Below are positions 41,441 to 51,987 of a stretch of DNA of 64,000 bases, piece after piece (positions within the stretch are counted from its first letter, which is position 1; every line of letters begins with the position of its first letter). Under the pieces are notes generated by a model. The model worked only from the letters and a program-made list of their open reading frames with translations, had not been told where the DNA came from and searched no databases. The DNA comes from Blastocatellales bacterium. Its GTDB lineage: Bacteria; Acidobacteriota; Blastocatellia; RBC074. Both the position numbers and the translations under genes were made by a program. Where the stretch lies: contig JBFWXQ010000001.1 of assembly GCA_050187295.1 (NCBI GenBank), positions 27,574-91,573 of the forward strand, written 5' to 3'.

Positions 41441-41528
41441 CCGGCACTACTGCAATTAAATCAAATCCAAACAGACTGGAGCGCAGTCACCGTCCGCGTT
41501 CCAGCTTCAAATCAGGTGAAAACAGCAA

Positions 41529-44402
41529 ATGTCACACAATCTATTCAATACAAATCAATCGTTCGATCTGGGAAATGGAAAGCAGGGCAAGTTTTATTCG
41601 TTGCCTGAACTGGAACGGCAGGGCGTCGGGCCGGTGTCGAAATTGCCGGTCAGCATTCGCATCGTGCTGGAATCCGTTCTGCGAAATTGCGACGGCAAAA
41701 AAGTCAGGGAAGACGACGTGCGCGCTCTGGCCAATTGGCAAGCCAACGCCGAACGGACGGCGGAAATTCCATTCGTCGTCGCGCGCATAGTTTTGCAGGA
41801 TTTCACGGGCGTGCCGTTGCTGGTTGATCTGGCGGCGATGCGTTCGACCGTGGCCGGGTTGGGCAAAAATCCCAAGCTGATCGAACCGCTGGTTCCGGTT
41901 GATCTGGTGGTTGATCATTCGGTTCAGGTTGATGTGGCCGGGACTTCGGACGCTTTGCAGAAAAACATGGAAATCGAATTCGAGCGCAATCGCCAACGCT
42001 ACGAATTTCTGAAATGGGGCATGCAGGCTTTCGACACTTTCAAAGTCGTGCCGCCCGGCATAGGCATCGTCCATCAGGTCAATCTGGAATACCTGGCCAA
42101 AGGCGTGCTGGAAAAAGACGGCGTTTATTATCCTGACACTCTGGTCGGGACTGATTCGCACACGACGATGATCAACGGTTTGGGCGTTGTGGCCTGGGGC
42201 GTCGGCGGCATCGAAGCCGAAGCCGGAATGCTGGGACAGCCGGTTTACTTCCTGACGCCGGATGTCGTCGGCGTTCACATGTTCGGCAAATTGAAAGAAG
42301 GCGTGACGGCGACCGATCTGGTTTTGCATTGCACCGAAATGCTGCGCAGCGCGAAAGTCGTCGGCAAATTCGTCGAATACTTCGGCGAAGGCGCGGCCAG
42401 TTTGTCGCTGACTGACCGCGCGACGATTGCGAACATGGCTCCGGAATACGGCGCGACGATGGGCTTTTTCGGCGTTGACGAAGAAACCTGCAATTACCTG
42501 AAAGCCACCGGCCGCACGGATGATCAGATCAACGCGTTTAGGAATTACTTCCAGGCGCAAGGGCTGTTCGGCATTCCGCGCGCGGGCGAAATCGAATACA
42601 GCCAGGCGCTGGAACTTGACCTGGCGACGGTTGTGCCCAATCTGGCCGGGCCTAAACGCCCGCAGGATCGGATTGAGCTGACCAGCATCAAAAAGACATT
42701 CAATGAATTGTTCAGCAAACCAGTTACTGAAAACGGTTACAACAAACCTGCCGATGAATTGCAGAAGCGTTATCAGGTCAGTCTGGGAACACGCAACGGA
42801 AGAATTGTGACTGGTGGTGGCAATCAGGACCCGAACAGTTTGCCTGTCATTCAGAAGGGGATTGAAACCACCCAAAACACAAGCTCGTTGACCGAACTGG
42901 AAATGGTCAACAATCGTCCGACGCCTGATCGGGTTGCAGATGAATCCGCAGATGGCGACACAAGCGTGTCCACCGATTTAGGTCACGGCGATGTTCTGAT
43001 TGCGGCGATTACCTCCTGCACCAACACGTCGAATCCGAGCGTCATGCTGGCGGCGGGATTGCTGGCGAAGAAAGCCGTCGAGAAAGGTTTGCGAGTCAAG
43101 CCTACTGTTAAAACCTCTCTTGGGCCGGGTTCGCGTGTGGTGTCTGATTATCTGGCCAGGACGGGTTTGCAAGCTTATTTGGATCAACTCGGCTTCAATA
43201 TCGTCGGTTACGGATGCACGACCTGCATCGGCAATTCGGGGCCGCTTGATCCGAAGATCGAAGAAGTCGTCGTCAAAAACGATTTGATCGCCGCTTCGGT
43301 TTTGTCCGGCAATCGCAACTTCGAAGCCCGCGTACATCAAAACATCAAAGCCAACTTCCTGATGTCACCTCCGTTGGTCGTAGCCTTTGCATTGGCCGGA
43401 CGCGTGGACATCAACATGACTTCTGAACCGATAGGACGCGACAAAGACGGCGCTGACGTTTACCTGAAAGACATCTGGCCAACCAATGCCGAGATCAAAT
43501 CCGTGTTGAGCGCGGCGACAGATGCGGCGACTTATCGGCGGTTGTATTCCGACTTCACTTCTGAAAATCCGCTGTGGAATGAAATTCCCGCCAGCGCCGG
43601 CGATGTTTACGAATGGGACGCGAAATCAACTTACATCCAGGAGCCGCCATTCTTTGAAAACTTCGGCATGGAAGCGGGAACGGCCGCCGACATCAAAGGC
43701 GCGCGTCCGCTGGGCATTTTTGGAGATTCGGTGACGACCGATCACATCAGCCCGGCGGGTTCGATCAAAGCGACTTCTCCGGCGGGAAAGTATCTGATCG
43801 AAAACGGCGTCGAGCAGAAGGATTTCAACAGCTACGGTTCGCGGCGCGGCAATGATCGCGTCATGACTCGCGGAACATTCGCCAATGTCCGCATCAAAAA
43901 CCTGATGGTTCCCGGAACCGAAGGCGGCGTGACGAAGTTTCATCCGGGCGGCGAACAGATGAGCATTTACGACGCTTCGATGAAATATCAGGCAGCGGGA
44001 ATTCCGCTGGTGGTCATCGCCGGTCAGGAATACGGCACGGGCAGTTCGCGCGATTGGGCGGCCAAGGGAACCAGATTGCTGGGCGTCAAAGCCGTTGTCG
44101 CGCAAAGCTTCGAACGCATTCATCGCTCGAATCTGGTCGGCATGGGCGTTTTGCCGCTGCAATTCAAAGACGGCGTCAATGCTCAAACGCTGGGGTTGGA
44201 TGGAACTGAAACTTTCGATGTTGTTGGTTTGGATGGCGGCATTAAACCTCAACAGGACGTGACTCTGGTCATTCATCGCGCCAACGGATCGAAAGAGGAA
44301 GTTCCGGTCAGATTGAGAATTGATACTGCGATTGAAGTTGATTATTACCAGCACGGAGGCATTTTGCCTTACGTGCTGCGGCAATTGATCGCGCAGGGCT
44401 GA
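41529..44402 (+). CDS. acnA: Aconitate hydratase A (aconitase/IRP family)
   Basis: 957 aa. '[11 protein letters not shown]', 'GTDSHTTM', '[10 protein letters not shown]', 'CTTCIGNSG', 'SR' active-site motifs. Start '[10 protein letters not shown]'. Confidence 0.9.
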   Translation: MSHNLFNTNQSFDLGNGKQGKFYSLPELERQGVGPVSKLPVSIRIVLESVLRNCDGKKVREDDVRALANWQANAERTAEIPFVVARIVLQDFTGVPLLVDLAAMRSTVAGLGKNPKLIEPLVPVDLVVDHSVQVDVAGTSDALQKNMEIEFERNRQRYEFLKWGMQAFDTFKVVPPGIGIVHQVNLEYLAKGVLEKDGVYYPDTLVGTDSHTTMINGLGVVAWGVGGIEAEAGMLGQPVYFLTPDVVGVHMFGKLKEGVTATDLVLHCTEMLRSAKVVGKFVEYFGEGAASLSLTDRATIANMAPEYGATMGFFGVDEETCNYLKATGRTDDQINAFRNYFQAQGLFGIPRAGEIEYSQALELDLATVVPNLAGPKRPQDRIELTSIKKTFNELFSKPVTENGYNKPADELQKRYQVSLGTRNGRIVTGGGNQDPNSLPVIQKGIETTQNTSSLTELEMVNNRPTPDRVADESADGDTSVSTDLGHGDVLIAAITSCTNTSNPSVMLAAGLLAKKAVEKGLRVKPTVKTSLGPGSRVVSDYLARTGLQAYLDQLGFNIVGYGCTTCIGNSGPLDPKIEEVVVKNDLIAASVLSGNRNFEARVHQNIKANFLMSPPLVVAFALAGRVDINMTSEPIGRDKDGADVYLKDIWPTNAEIKSVLSAATDAATYRRLYSDFTSENPLWNEIPASAGDVYEWDAKSTYIQEPPFFENFGMEAGTAADIKGARPLGIFGDSVTTDHISPAGSIKATSPAGKYLIENGVEQKDFNSYGSRRGNDRVMTRGTFANVRIKNLMVPGTEGGVTKFHPGGEQMSIYDASMKYQAAGIPLVVIAGQEYGTGSSRDWAAKGTRLLGVKAVVAQSFERIHRSNLVGMGVLPLQFKDGVNAQTLGLDGTETFDVVGLDGGIKPQQDVTLVIHRANGSKEEVPVRLRIDTAIEVDYYQHGGILPYVLRQLIAQG

Positions 44403-44419
44403 CTATAAAGTCAGGTTTT
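44399..44419 (+). terminator. Short stem-loop plus T-run overlapping the acnA stop
   Basis: CTGACT-ataa-AGTCAG followed by GTTTT. The stem is only 6 bp, so the call is weak. A second hairpin AGGGCAGAT-tggaaa-ATCTGCCCT follows at ~44452-44476. Confidence 0.3.
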
Positions 44420-44489
44420 CCAACCTGACAATGTTTTCTTAACAGCGAGAATCAGGGCAGATTGGAAAATCTGCCCTACACCCAAAGCA

Positions 44490-44912
44490 ATGATCGTTTT
44501 GATTGATTCACTGGCGATTGTTTGTATGGTTCTGGCGTGGTGGGTGGCGTTCAGCAGTTATCCGCATTTGCCGGAACGGATTCCAGTTCATTTTGGGTTG
44601 TCGGGCGAACCTGACGGTTGGGGCGGACGCTGGATGATTTTTTTGATGCCGGTTGTCGCTTCGGCAATTGTCGCGTTCGATTGGTACATCTTCACGCGGG
44701 TTGAAGGCTCGCCAAAAGCGCCTACGGCGGCGATGAAATTGCCGCTGCATTTGCTGATGCTGGAACTGACGGCGCTCTTCGCCTACATCACCTGGCGGAT
44801 GAGCGAAGTCGCTTTTGAGCGGGCAAAAGGATTGGGCGTTTGGTTTCTGCCCATCGTGTTGTTGGGGATTATGGGAACCAGCGCCTGGATGGTCGTTGCC
44901 GGAAAACGCTGA
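44490..44912 (+). CDS. Small integral membrane protein (DUF1648-like)
   Basis: 140 aa with 4 TM helices. 'IPVHFGLSGEPDGWGGR' between TM1 and TM2 resembles DUF1648. Confidence 0.5.
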   Translation: MIVLIDSLAIVCMVLAWWVAFSSYPHLPERIPVHFGLSGEPDGWGGRWMIFLMPVVASAIVAFDWYIFTRVEGSPKAPTAAMKLPLHLLMLELTALFAYITWRMSEVAFERAKGLGVWFLPIVLLGIMGTSAWMVVAGKR

Positions 44913-44918
44913 GGCGAT

Positions 44919-45440
44919 TTGATGAGTTACAGCAGGCATTCGGGTTTGCACGTCGCATTGATCGAACCGGAGATTCCTCCGAACACAGGCAACATCGCCC
45001 GGTTATGCGGGGCGACTTTCACGACCTTGCATCTTGTTGGCAAACTCGGATTCCGCACCGATGAAGCCGCCGTTCGCCGCGCGGGTTTGGATTACTGGGA
45101 CGATGTGGAAATCCAGTACCATCGCAACATCGAGGCTCTTTATGAAGCCTTGCCCGCCTGCCGGTTCATTTATTTTTCAACCAAAGCCGGGCGAATTTAC
45201 ACCGATTGGCAATATCAATCGAATGATTGTCTGGTATTTGGGCGCGAAACTCGCGGTCTGCCGGTGGACTTGCTACACGCGAATTGGGATCGTTGTTTGC
45301 GAATCCCAATGCCCAATCCTCAGATAAGATCGCTCAATCTGGCCACCTCGGTCGGTATAGCTCTGTATGAAGCCCTGAGGCAAATCGGATGTGGAGTCGA
45401 AACTCAGGCGTTTGATTCATGGCGGGAAATGGGTGAATAA
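44919..45440 (+). CDS. trmL: tRNA (cytidine/uridine-2'-O)-methyltransferase TrmL (SpoU family)
   Basis: '[21 protein letters not shown]' matches E. coli TrmL '[21 protein letters not shown]'. 'RRAGLDYWD'. '[17 protein letters not shown]'. True start may be TTG at 44946. Confidence 0.8.
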   Translation: [173 protein letters not shown]

Positions 45441-45640
45441 TTTATCTGATTTACAGCCGGTAGTTGATCACAGTCAGCTTTTGTTTTACATTTCCCGCGT
45501 GCCCACATCATCTCTGACTTATTCACTGGGCGTCAGATTATTAATCCAACCTGCAATCATTATTCGAATCTTTGCTTTGTCCTGTCCTGGCTCTGATGTG
45601 ATTAACGCAAAGATGTAGCCTTAAAAAGGATAATCACCAG

Positions 45641-48175
45641 ATGCGTTTGAGCTTGCCTGCAATGCTTGGGCGGGTGCTGATCTGCGTCAGTCTGTCGCTC
45701 TTGTTATTTACAAAACCTGCTGCGCCGACCCAGGCACAGAGCAGCAGCGTCATTGTCGCCCGCGTTACCATCAAATCGTCAGAAGCTATGAATCGCTTTG
45801 TGCGTCTGGGGCTGGACGTTTTGGAAACTCGCGACGGCGATGACCTGTTTGTCGCGGTGTCATTGCAGCAATTCAATGAACTGCAAAATCAGGGCTGGCA
45901 GATAAAGGTTGAAACAGAGCAAACGCGTTTGTTAAGTCAACTGACGCCGAACACTTTTCAAGGTGGTTATCACACGGTCGGTGAAATCCGTCAGATGCTG
46001 GAATCCAAAGCGGCGCAGTTTCCCAATCTGGCAGAGTTTTTCATTTATGGCCAAAGCTGGAAGAAGATCAACTCCGGCGGAGCTTTGGGCGAAGATTTGT
46101 TTGGCATCAGGCTGACGAATCGCCAGATTTCAGGGAACAAGCCTGTCTTGTTGCTTCACGCGGCAATTCATGCGCGCGAACTGACCACGGCGGAATTGGC
46201 CTGGCGTTTTGTTGATTACCTGCTGACCAATTATGGCGTGAATGGCGATGTGACCTGGTTGCTGGACGAACATCAGATTGTGATCATTCCACAGGGGAAT
46301 CCGGACGGACGCGCGTTGGCAGAGCAGGGTTATTACCAGCGCAAGAACGTCAATGATTCATATGGCGGAAATTGTTCCAATCCGCCAACCGTCTTTGATC
46401 AATTTGGCGTAGACCTGAACCGCAACAACAGTTTCAAATGGGGAGTTGTCAATACTCCCGGTGAAGACAAATGCGGTCAGACTTACCCTGGGCCATCCGC
46501 CGCATCTGAGCCGGAAACAGCCGCTTTTCATACTCTGGTCAGGTCTTTGTTCCCGGATCAACGTGGCCCGCTGGATACAGACCCTGCGCCATCAACTGCG
46601 ACCGGAATCATGTTATCGCTTCACTCTTATGGCAATCTGGTTTTATGGCCCTGGGGATGGACGGCCAATCAATCACCGAATTATCCGGATTTGTCCAGAA
46701 TAGGCGGAAAGTTCGGCGCTTACACCGGGTTCACTTCACAACCGTCTTCCCAATTGTATCCGTCGTCCGGTTCCACGACAGATTGGCTTTATGGCGAGTT
46801 GGGCGTTGCTTCATTCACATTTGAGGTTGGATCGGATCAGGGAACTTGCGGTGGATTCTTTCCATCTTATTCGTGTCTGGACGGCAATGCTGAGGGGAAT
46901 TTCTGGGGACGGACGTTGCCTGCTTTTTTATATGCTGCACGAATCGCACGGACTCCCTATCAATTGGCGCAAGGGCCGACGGCTGAATCGGTATCGACAA
47001 TTTCCCTGAGCAATGGGGCATTTGAAATCAACGCGCAACTGAGCGAGCAGTTCAACGGCAACCAGAACATCGTTGCGGCTGAGTATTATGTTGATGTTCC
47101 TCCCTGGCGCGGAGGAATCGGATTGCCGATGGTTGCCAATGACGGAAGTTTCAATAGTCCTCTTGAAAATGCGAAAGCGTCTACCAGCGCACTGTCAGCG
47201 GGCAGACATCAGGTGTTTGTTCGCGCTCAGGATAGTTTGGGAAATTGGGGGCCGGTCAGAGCTGTCTTTGTGGACAGCGCCGGTCGTTTGCACGCGGCGA
47301 AAAGTGATTTCGACGGCGATGGCAGAACGGATTTTGCTGTCTGGCGCGGTATGACGGGTAATTGGTCGATTCTGCAAAGTGGTGATAACGCTTTGCGGAA
47401 TGTCGTTTGGGGAACATCGCAATCGCCCGATAACGACCAACCAGTGCCCGGAGATTATGACGGCGATGGCAAGTTCGACATCGCCGTCTGGCGGTCATCA
47501 ACCGGGGAATGGTTGATCGCGAATAGTGGAGGCGGAACTCAGAGTTTCACTCTCGGCTCGCCCGGCGATGTCCCTGTTCCGGCTGATTACGATGGTGATG
47601 GGAAGACTGATCCGGCGGTTTGGACTGGAGCCAGCGGCCACTGGCTGATCAAACGGAGCAGTGGAGGCGCAATCCAGACGATCAATTGGGGCACATCGGC
47701 GGCGCCGTATTTCGATCTGCCTGTGGCTGGTGATTACGACGGCGATGGGAAGGCCGATGCCGCCGTCTGGCGGCAAGGGGACGGAAAATGGTACGTCCTG
47801 AAAAGCTCAACCGGTCAGTATCAAATAACCGCCTGGGGGGCTGCTTACTCGCCTTATCTTGATGTCCCTGTGCCGGGTGATTACGACGGAGATGGAAAAT
47901 TCGATATTGCCGTCTGGCGCAGAGGCAATGGAACCTGGTTTGTGCTTCGCAGTTCGGATGGCAATTTTCGTATGATGAATTGGGGCGCTGCGCAAACTCC
48001 ATACAATGATGTGCCTGTGCCGGGTGATTACGATGGCGATGGAAAATACGATATTGCCATCTGGCGGCCTTTGGACGGTAATTGGTATGTAATCAAAAGT
48101 TCCAATGGTGGATGGATCATCCAGAATCAAGGTCAGAATGGCGACGTTCCGGCGCCAGCGAGTGGTGTCAGGTAA
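45641..48175 (+). CDS. Secreted M14 zinc carboxypeptidase fused to a C-terminal ~7-blade FG-GAP/VCBS-like propeller
   Basis: Signal peptide. M14 motifs 'HAREL' (HxxE zinc) and 'SLHSYGNLVLWPWG'. Seven repeats 'DFDGDGRTDFAVWR / DYDGDGKFDIAVWR…'. Terminal 'GDVPAPASGVR*'. Confidence 0.8.
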   Translation: MRLSLPAMLGRVLICVSLSLLLFTKPAAPTQAQSSSVIVARVTIKSSEAMNRFVRLGLDVLETRDGDDLFVAVSLQQFNELQNQGWQIKVETEQTRLLSQLTPNTFQGGYHTVGEIRQMLESKAAQFPNLAEFFIYGQSWKKINSGGALGEDLFGIRLTNRQISGNKPVLLLHAAIHARELTTAELAWRFVDYLLTNYGVNGDVTWLLDEHQIVIIPQGNPDGRALAEQGYYQRKNVNDSYGGNCSNPPTVFDQFGVDLNRNNSFKWGVVNTPGEDKCGQTYPGPSAASEPETAAFHTLVRSLFPDQRGPLDTDPAPSTATGIMLSLHSYGNLVLWPWGWTANQSPNYPDLSRIGGKFGAYTGFTSQPSSQLYPSSGSTTDWLYGELGVASFTFEVGSDQGTCGGFFPSYSCLDGNAEGNFWGRTLPAFLYAARIARTPYQLAQGPTAESVSTISLSNGAFEINAQLSEQFNGNQNIVAAEYYVDVPPWRGGIGLPMVANDGSFNSPLENAKASTSALSAGRHQVFVRAQDSLGNWGPVRAVFVDSAGRLHAAKSDFDGDGRTDFAVWRGMTGNWSILQSGDNALRNVVWGTSQSPDNDQPVPGDYDGDGKFDIAVWRSSTGEWLIANSGGGTQSFTLGSPGDVPVPADYDGDGKTDPAVWTGASGHWLIKRSSGGAIQTINWGTSAAPYFDLPVAGDYDGDGKADAAVWRQGDGKWYVLKSSTGQYQITAWGAAYSPYLDVPVPGDYDGDGKFDIAVWRRGNGTWFVLRSSDGNFRMMNWGAAQTPYNDVPVPGDYDGDGKYDIAIWRPLDGNWYVIKSSNGGWIIQNQGQNGDVPAPASGVR

Positions 48176-48209
48176 AGGCTCTGAACTGTGGTTTTTATAG
48201 GAGTAGACG

Positions 48210-51200
48210 GTGATGAGAAATTTGTTTTTGGCGATAGTTGTTTTTGTTCTGATGGTGCCATGTTTGGTTTTGTGGCGTTGGCCTTTCGGTGCTGATTCGG
48301 GTGCGATTGCGGCCGGTCAACAGATTCCGGTCAGACGTTCAATCAGAACTGGCGCAGATGAAGCTACGCTGGCTGCGCGTAAATCCACCAACAAGCTGAT
48401 TCGATTTTCCGTTCGCAACGAAGAAGATCGCGAAGCGGCGTTAATGAATGGCACTCTGATCGAAGATTACGGATCGTTTATCGTTGTGGCTATGAACGAG
48501 AAAGGAACCAGAAACACCAGGAAGTTAAATCCGGTTTCGAAGGCGGCTGATTCTGATGTGATTGACACTTCGATCAATCTGCGTGGCCGAAGTTTTGATC
48601 CATTGAAAGATAAATTGTCCAAAGCAACCGCTTCGGCAAATAAATTGTTGCAGGAACCTGCCACGGCAGGAGGTTATTACATTGTTCAGTTTGCCGCTCC
48701 TGTCCGTGATCAGTGGTTGGATGAGATTCGAGCCGCCGGAGCGGAAGTATTGCAGTATGTGCCCAATCAGGCTTTTTTCGTTTATGCCACGCCTGAAGCG
48801 ATGGCGACAATATCCGAGCACCCGCGTGTGCGATGGACGGGCGATTTTCTTCCTTCTGATAAACTTTCGCCTGAAATGAGCCAGTTGCTGAGCCGTAGCC
48901 AGGGTGGCAATTCGGAAAAAAGACTTTTTGATCTGGTGGTTTTTGCAAAAGCCGATTTGAATCTGGCTTCGGCGACAGTCGCCGACTTCGGGGCCACGAT
49001 ACTTCACCGCATAATTCTGCCGAACAATTACTTCAACGTCTTGCGCGTTGAAATGGAGCCGGGACTGGCGCTGCCGATGTTGCAGATTCCTGGCGTGATT
49101 TCCATTGATCCTTATATAACTCCGACCGCCGAAGACGAACGTTCCTCGCAGATTATGGCGGGCAACTTCACCAGCTCAACTCAGCTAAACTCTCCGGGCT
49201 ATGATTCGCTCTCGCAATTCGGAGTGGATGGAACAGGCGTCACGGTTGCCGTTATAGATGACGGGATTGCCATTCCAGGCGATGGAGGGTTTTACATCAC
49301 ATCAAGCAATGCCGCCAACGGACCTATGCGCGGCACAGCCCCGGGAATTGTTTCCGGGCACGGACATTTGAACGCAACGATCATCGGTGGCGATCTGCCG
49401 TTCTCTACGCTCGACCCACTCGGATACAACTACGGCATGGGTGTGGCGCGCAAGGCCCATCTCCTGAACATTCCGATGTTGATTCCAGGGTATACCGGAA
49501 CTGAGGCCGACACCTGTAATGACACAGTCACCACCGCCGGCCCAAATGGAATCAAAGGATTTATTTCGAACAACAGTTGGGGCTCAGGAACCAATGGCAA
49601 TGCTTACGATTCTCTGGCGGCTCAGTATGATGGGTTCGTGCGCGATTCTTCGGCGGCGGCGACCATTGACCCTTTGGTAATCGTGTTTTCGGCTGGTAAC
49701 CAGTCAACAAGCGGACTGACACGTCCAAAAATGTCAAAAAACACAATTGCCGTAGCCAGTTCGAAAAACATTCGACCGGAGCTTTCTGCTTCAGCCAACA
49801 ACCTCAACGATCTGAGCAGCTTTTCCAGCCGCGGGCCTGCGGCGGACGGACGCATCAAGCCGGACATTACTGCGCCCGGTGAAGCCATCACCGGTGGACG
49901 CGCAGGGCTCAGTCCCTTATATGGCAATATTGATGATTTTCATCGTTGGAGTTCAGGAACTTCACATGCTGCTCCGCAAATTGCCGGAGCAGCCGCGCTC
50001 TTCACTCAGTACTGGAAAACGAACAACAGCGGAAATAACCCCAGTCCTGCGCTGGTCAAAGCGGCATTGATCAGTGGAACTCAGGATATGACCGGCACCG
50101 GAGCCTCAGCGGCAATCCCAAATGGAAATGAAGGTTGGGGACGATTGAACCTGCAAAACATGCTGAACACAGGAGTGGCGACGAAGTACGTCAACCAAAC
50201 GACGACGCTTTCATCCGTAGGTGAGGAAGTCATATACACAGGCACAGTCAGCACGACCAGTCGCCATTTTCGCGTCAGTCTGGTTTGGACTGATCCGCCC
50301 GGAGCCACTGATCCGGCGTTGGTCAACAATCTAGACCTGGAGGTGAATGTTGGCGGGACCATTTATAAGGGCAATGTTTTTGCTGGCGGGATTTCAACCA
50401 CTGGAGGCGCAGCCGACATTCGTAACAACGTCGAAAACGTTTTTCTGCCTTCAGGAATTGAAGCCGGAACTGCCGTGACCATTCGCATCAGGGCTACTGG
50501 CCTGAATGGTGACGGCGTTTTGGGTAACGGAGATTCGACGGATCAACACTTCGCTCTGGTGGCGTTCAACTTCAACGAAGGCGCTGGCGTTTGTAATTAC
50601 AGTGTCAATCCCGGATCCCAAAGCTTCCCGCTGGCTGGAGGAAACGGAACCGTCACGGTGACTGCCGGACCGGGTTGCGCCTGGAGCGTGGTGAGCAACG
50701 ACAACTGGATTATACCGGTTGAAAACGGCGGCACAGGCAATGGTGTTGTGAATTACACCGTGCAGGCTTTCGCCGGTCAGCAGCGTACGGGAAGCCTGAC
50801 CGTTGCGGGGCAGACTTTCACCGTGAATCAATCAATGTCTTTCGTCGTCAGAAAAAGTGATTTCGATGGCGACGGCAAGACGGATTTTTCAACCTGGCGG
50901 GGGGCGGATACTTTCTGGCGAATAATCCGCAGTTCTGACAGTCAGCCGCAGAATCAGGCCTGGGGATCGGGCAATGCGCCATATAACGATCTGCCTGTTC
51001 CCGGCGATTACGATGGGGATGGAAAAACGGACTTCGCCGTTTGGCGACCGTCCGATGGCAACTGGTATGTGATCAGAAGCTCGAACGGATCGTTCTTCTG
51101 GAAAGCCTGGGGAACGAATGGCGATATTCCGGTACCGGGCGATTACGATGGCGATGGAAAGACCGATCTCGCAGTTTGGCGTGGTCAGGAAGGCAACTGG

Positions 51201-51719
51201 TACATATTGCGAAGCTCGGACAATCAGTTTCAGGTCAGGAACTGGGGCTTGCAGTCTACGCCATTCAACGATATTCCGGTGGCCGCCGATTATGATGGAG
51301 ACGGCAAAACTGACATTGCCGTTTTTCGCTCATCTGACTCCACCTGGTACGTGGTTCGGAGTTCCAATAATTCCATTCAGATTCAGCCCTTCGGTTTGGG
51401 AACGGATATACCGGTTCCGGGCGATTACGACGGTGACGGCAAATATGATTTCGCCACCTGGCGCGGAGCCGACAACAACTGGCGCATTCTGCAAAGTTCC
51501 AACAGCCAGATTTCGATCACAAATTGGGGGGTGCAAGCTGCGCCTTTCAATGATGTGGCGGTGCCGGGCGATTACGACGGCGACGGCAGATATGACATTG
51601 CCGTTTTCCGGCGCAGCGATGCCACGTGGTACGTGATACGAAGTTCAAATGGGCAATTCCTTATTCAGACTCACGGGCAGGGTGGAGATACGCCTGTTCC
51701 ATCAACCGGCGTGCGCTAA
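48210..51719 (+). CDS. Secreted subtilisin-like (S8) serine peptidase fused to a C-terminal FG-GAP/VCBS-like propeller
   Basis: 'VAVIDDGI' (Asp), 'GHGHLNATIIGG' (His) and 'GTSHAAPQIAGAAAL' (Ser) catalytic-triad motifs. Seven or more 'D(F/Y)DGDGKTDxAVWR' repeats. Terminal 'GDTPVPSTGVR*'. 1169 aa. Confidence 0.8.
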   Translation: MMRNLFLAIVVFVLMVPCLVLWRWPFGADSGAIAAGQQIPVRRSIRTGADEATLAARKSTNKLIRFSVRNEEDREAALMNGTLIEDYGSFIVVAMNEKGTRNTRKLNPVSKAADSDVIDTSINLRGRSFDPLKDKLSKATASANKLLQEPATAGGYYIVQFAAPVRDQWLDEIRAAGAEVLQYVPNQAFFVYATPEAMATISEHPRVRWTGDFLPSDKLSPEMSQLLSRSQGGNSEKRLFDLVVFAKADLNLASATVADFGATILHRIILPNNYFNVLRVEMEPGLALPMLQIPGVISIDPYITPTAEDERSSQIMAGNFTSSTQLNSPGYDSLSQFGVDGTGVTVAVIDDGIAIPGDGGFYITSSNAANGPMRGTAPGIVSGHGHLNATIIGGDLPFSTLDPLGYNYGMGVARKAHLLNIPMLIPGYTGTEADTCNDTVTTAGPNGIKGFISNNSWGSGTNGNAYDSLAAQYDGFVRDSSAAATIDPLVIVFSAGNQSTSGLTRPKMSKNTIAVASSKNIRPELSASANNLNDLSSFSSRGPAADGRIKPDITAPGEAITGGRAGLSPLYGNIDDFHRWSSGTSHAAPQIAGAAALFTQYWKTNNSGNNPSPALVKAALISGTQDMTGTGASAAIPNGNEGWGRLNLQNMLNTGVATKYVNQTTTLSSVGEEVIYTGTVSTTSRHFRVSLVWTDPPGATDPALVNNLDLEVNVGGTIYKGNVFAGGISTTGGAADIRNNVENVFLPSGIEAGTAVTIRIRATGLNGDGVLGNGDSTDQHFALVAFNFNEGAGVCNYSVNPGSQSFPLAGGNGTVTVTAGPGCAWSVVSNDNWIIPVENGGTGNGVVNYTVQAFAGQQRTGSLTVAGQTFTVNQSMSFVVRKSDFDGDGKTDFSTWRGADTFWRIIRSSDSQPQNQAWGSGNAPYNDLPVPGDYDGDGKTDFAVWRPSDGNWYVIRSSNGSFFWKAWGTNGDIPVPGDYDGDGKTDLAVWRGQEGNWYILRSSDNQFQVRNWGLQSTPFNDIPVAADYDGDGKTDIAVFRSSDSTWYVVRSSNNSIQIQPFGLGTDIPVPGDYDGDGKYDFATWRGADNNWRILQSSNSQISITNWGVQAAPFNDVAVPGDYDGDGRYDIAVFRRSDATWYVIRSSNGQFLIQTHGQGGDTPVPSTGVR

Positions 51720-51987
51720 TAATTGATCCCTCCGTCAGTCGATTCCACAGGATAAATTGCTTCGTTGATGCCCGCAGGAATGCGGGCATCACTGCCTAAT
51801 AGCCGAGCGCACTTCCGTTTACATATCAATATCCAGCAGTGTAAAGTTTTGCGCGGATGACGCGATAAGACCATCCAAAACTTCCAGGCGATTTTCTCCA
51901 CGACCTTTTCTTGAAACATGAACTGACAAACAGTTTCAGCAATGCCTCAGAACAGACTGAAATGGCATTACTGAAGAGGGAGCTTTT

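Noticed and set aside
41541-42875. 444-aa minus-strand ORF, plus the 43626..44384 ORF, antisense to acnA
   Set aside because: Antisense to a highly conserved aconitase gene. No RBS and no motif.
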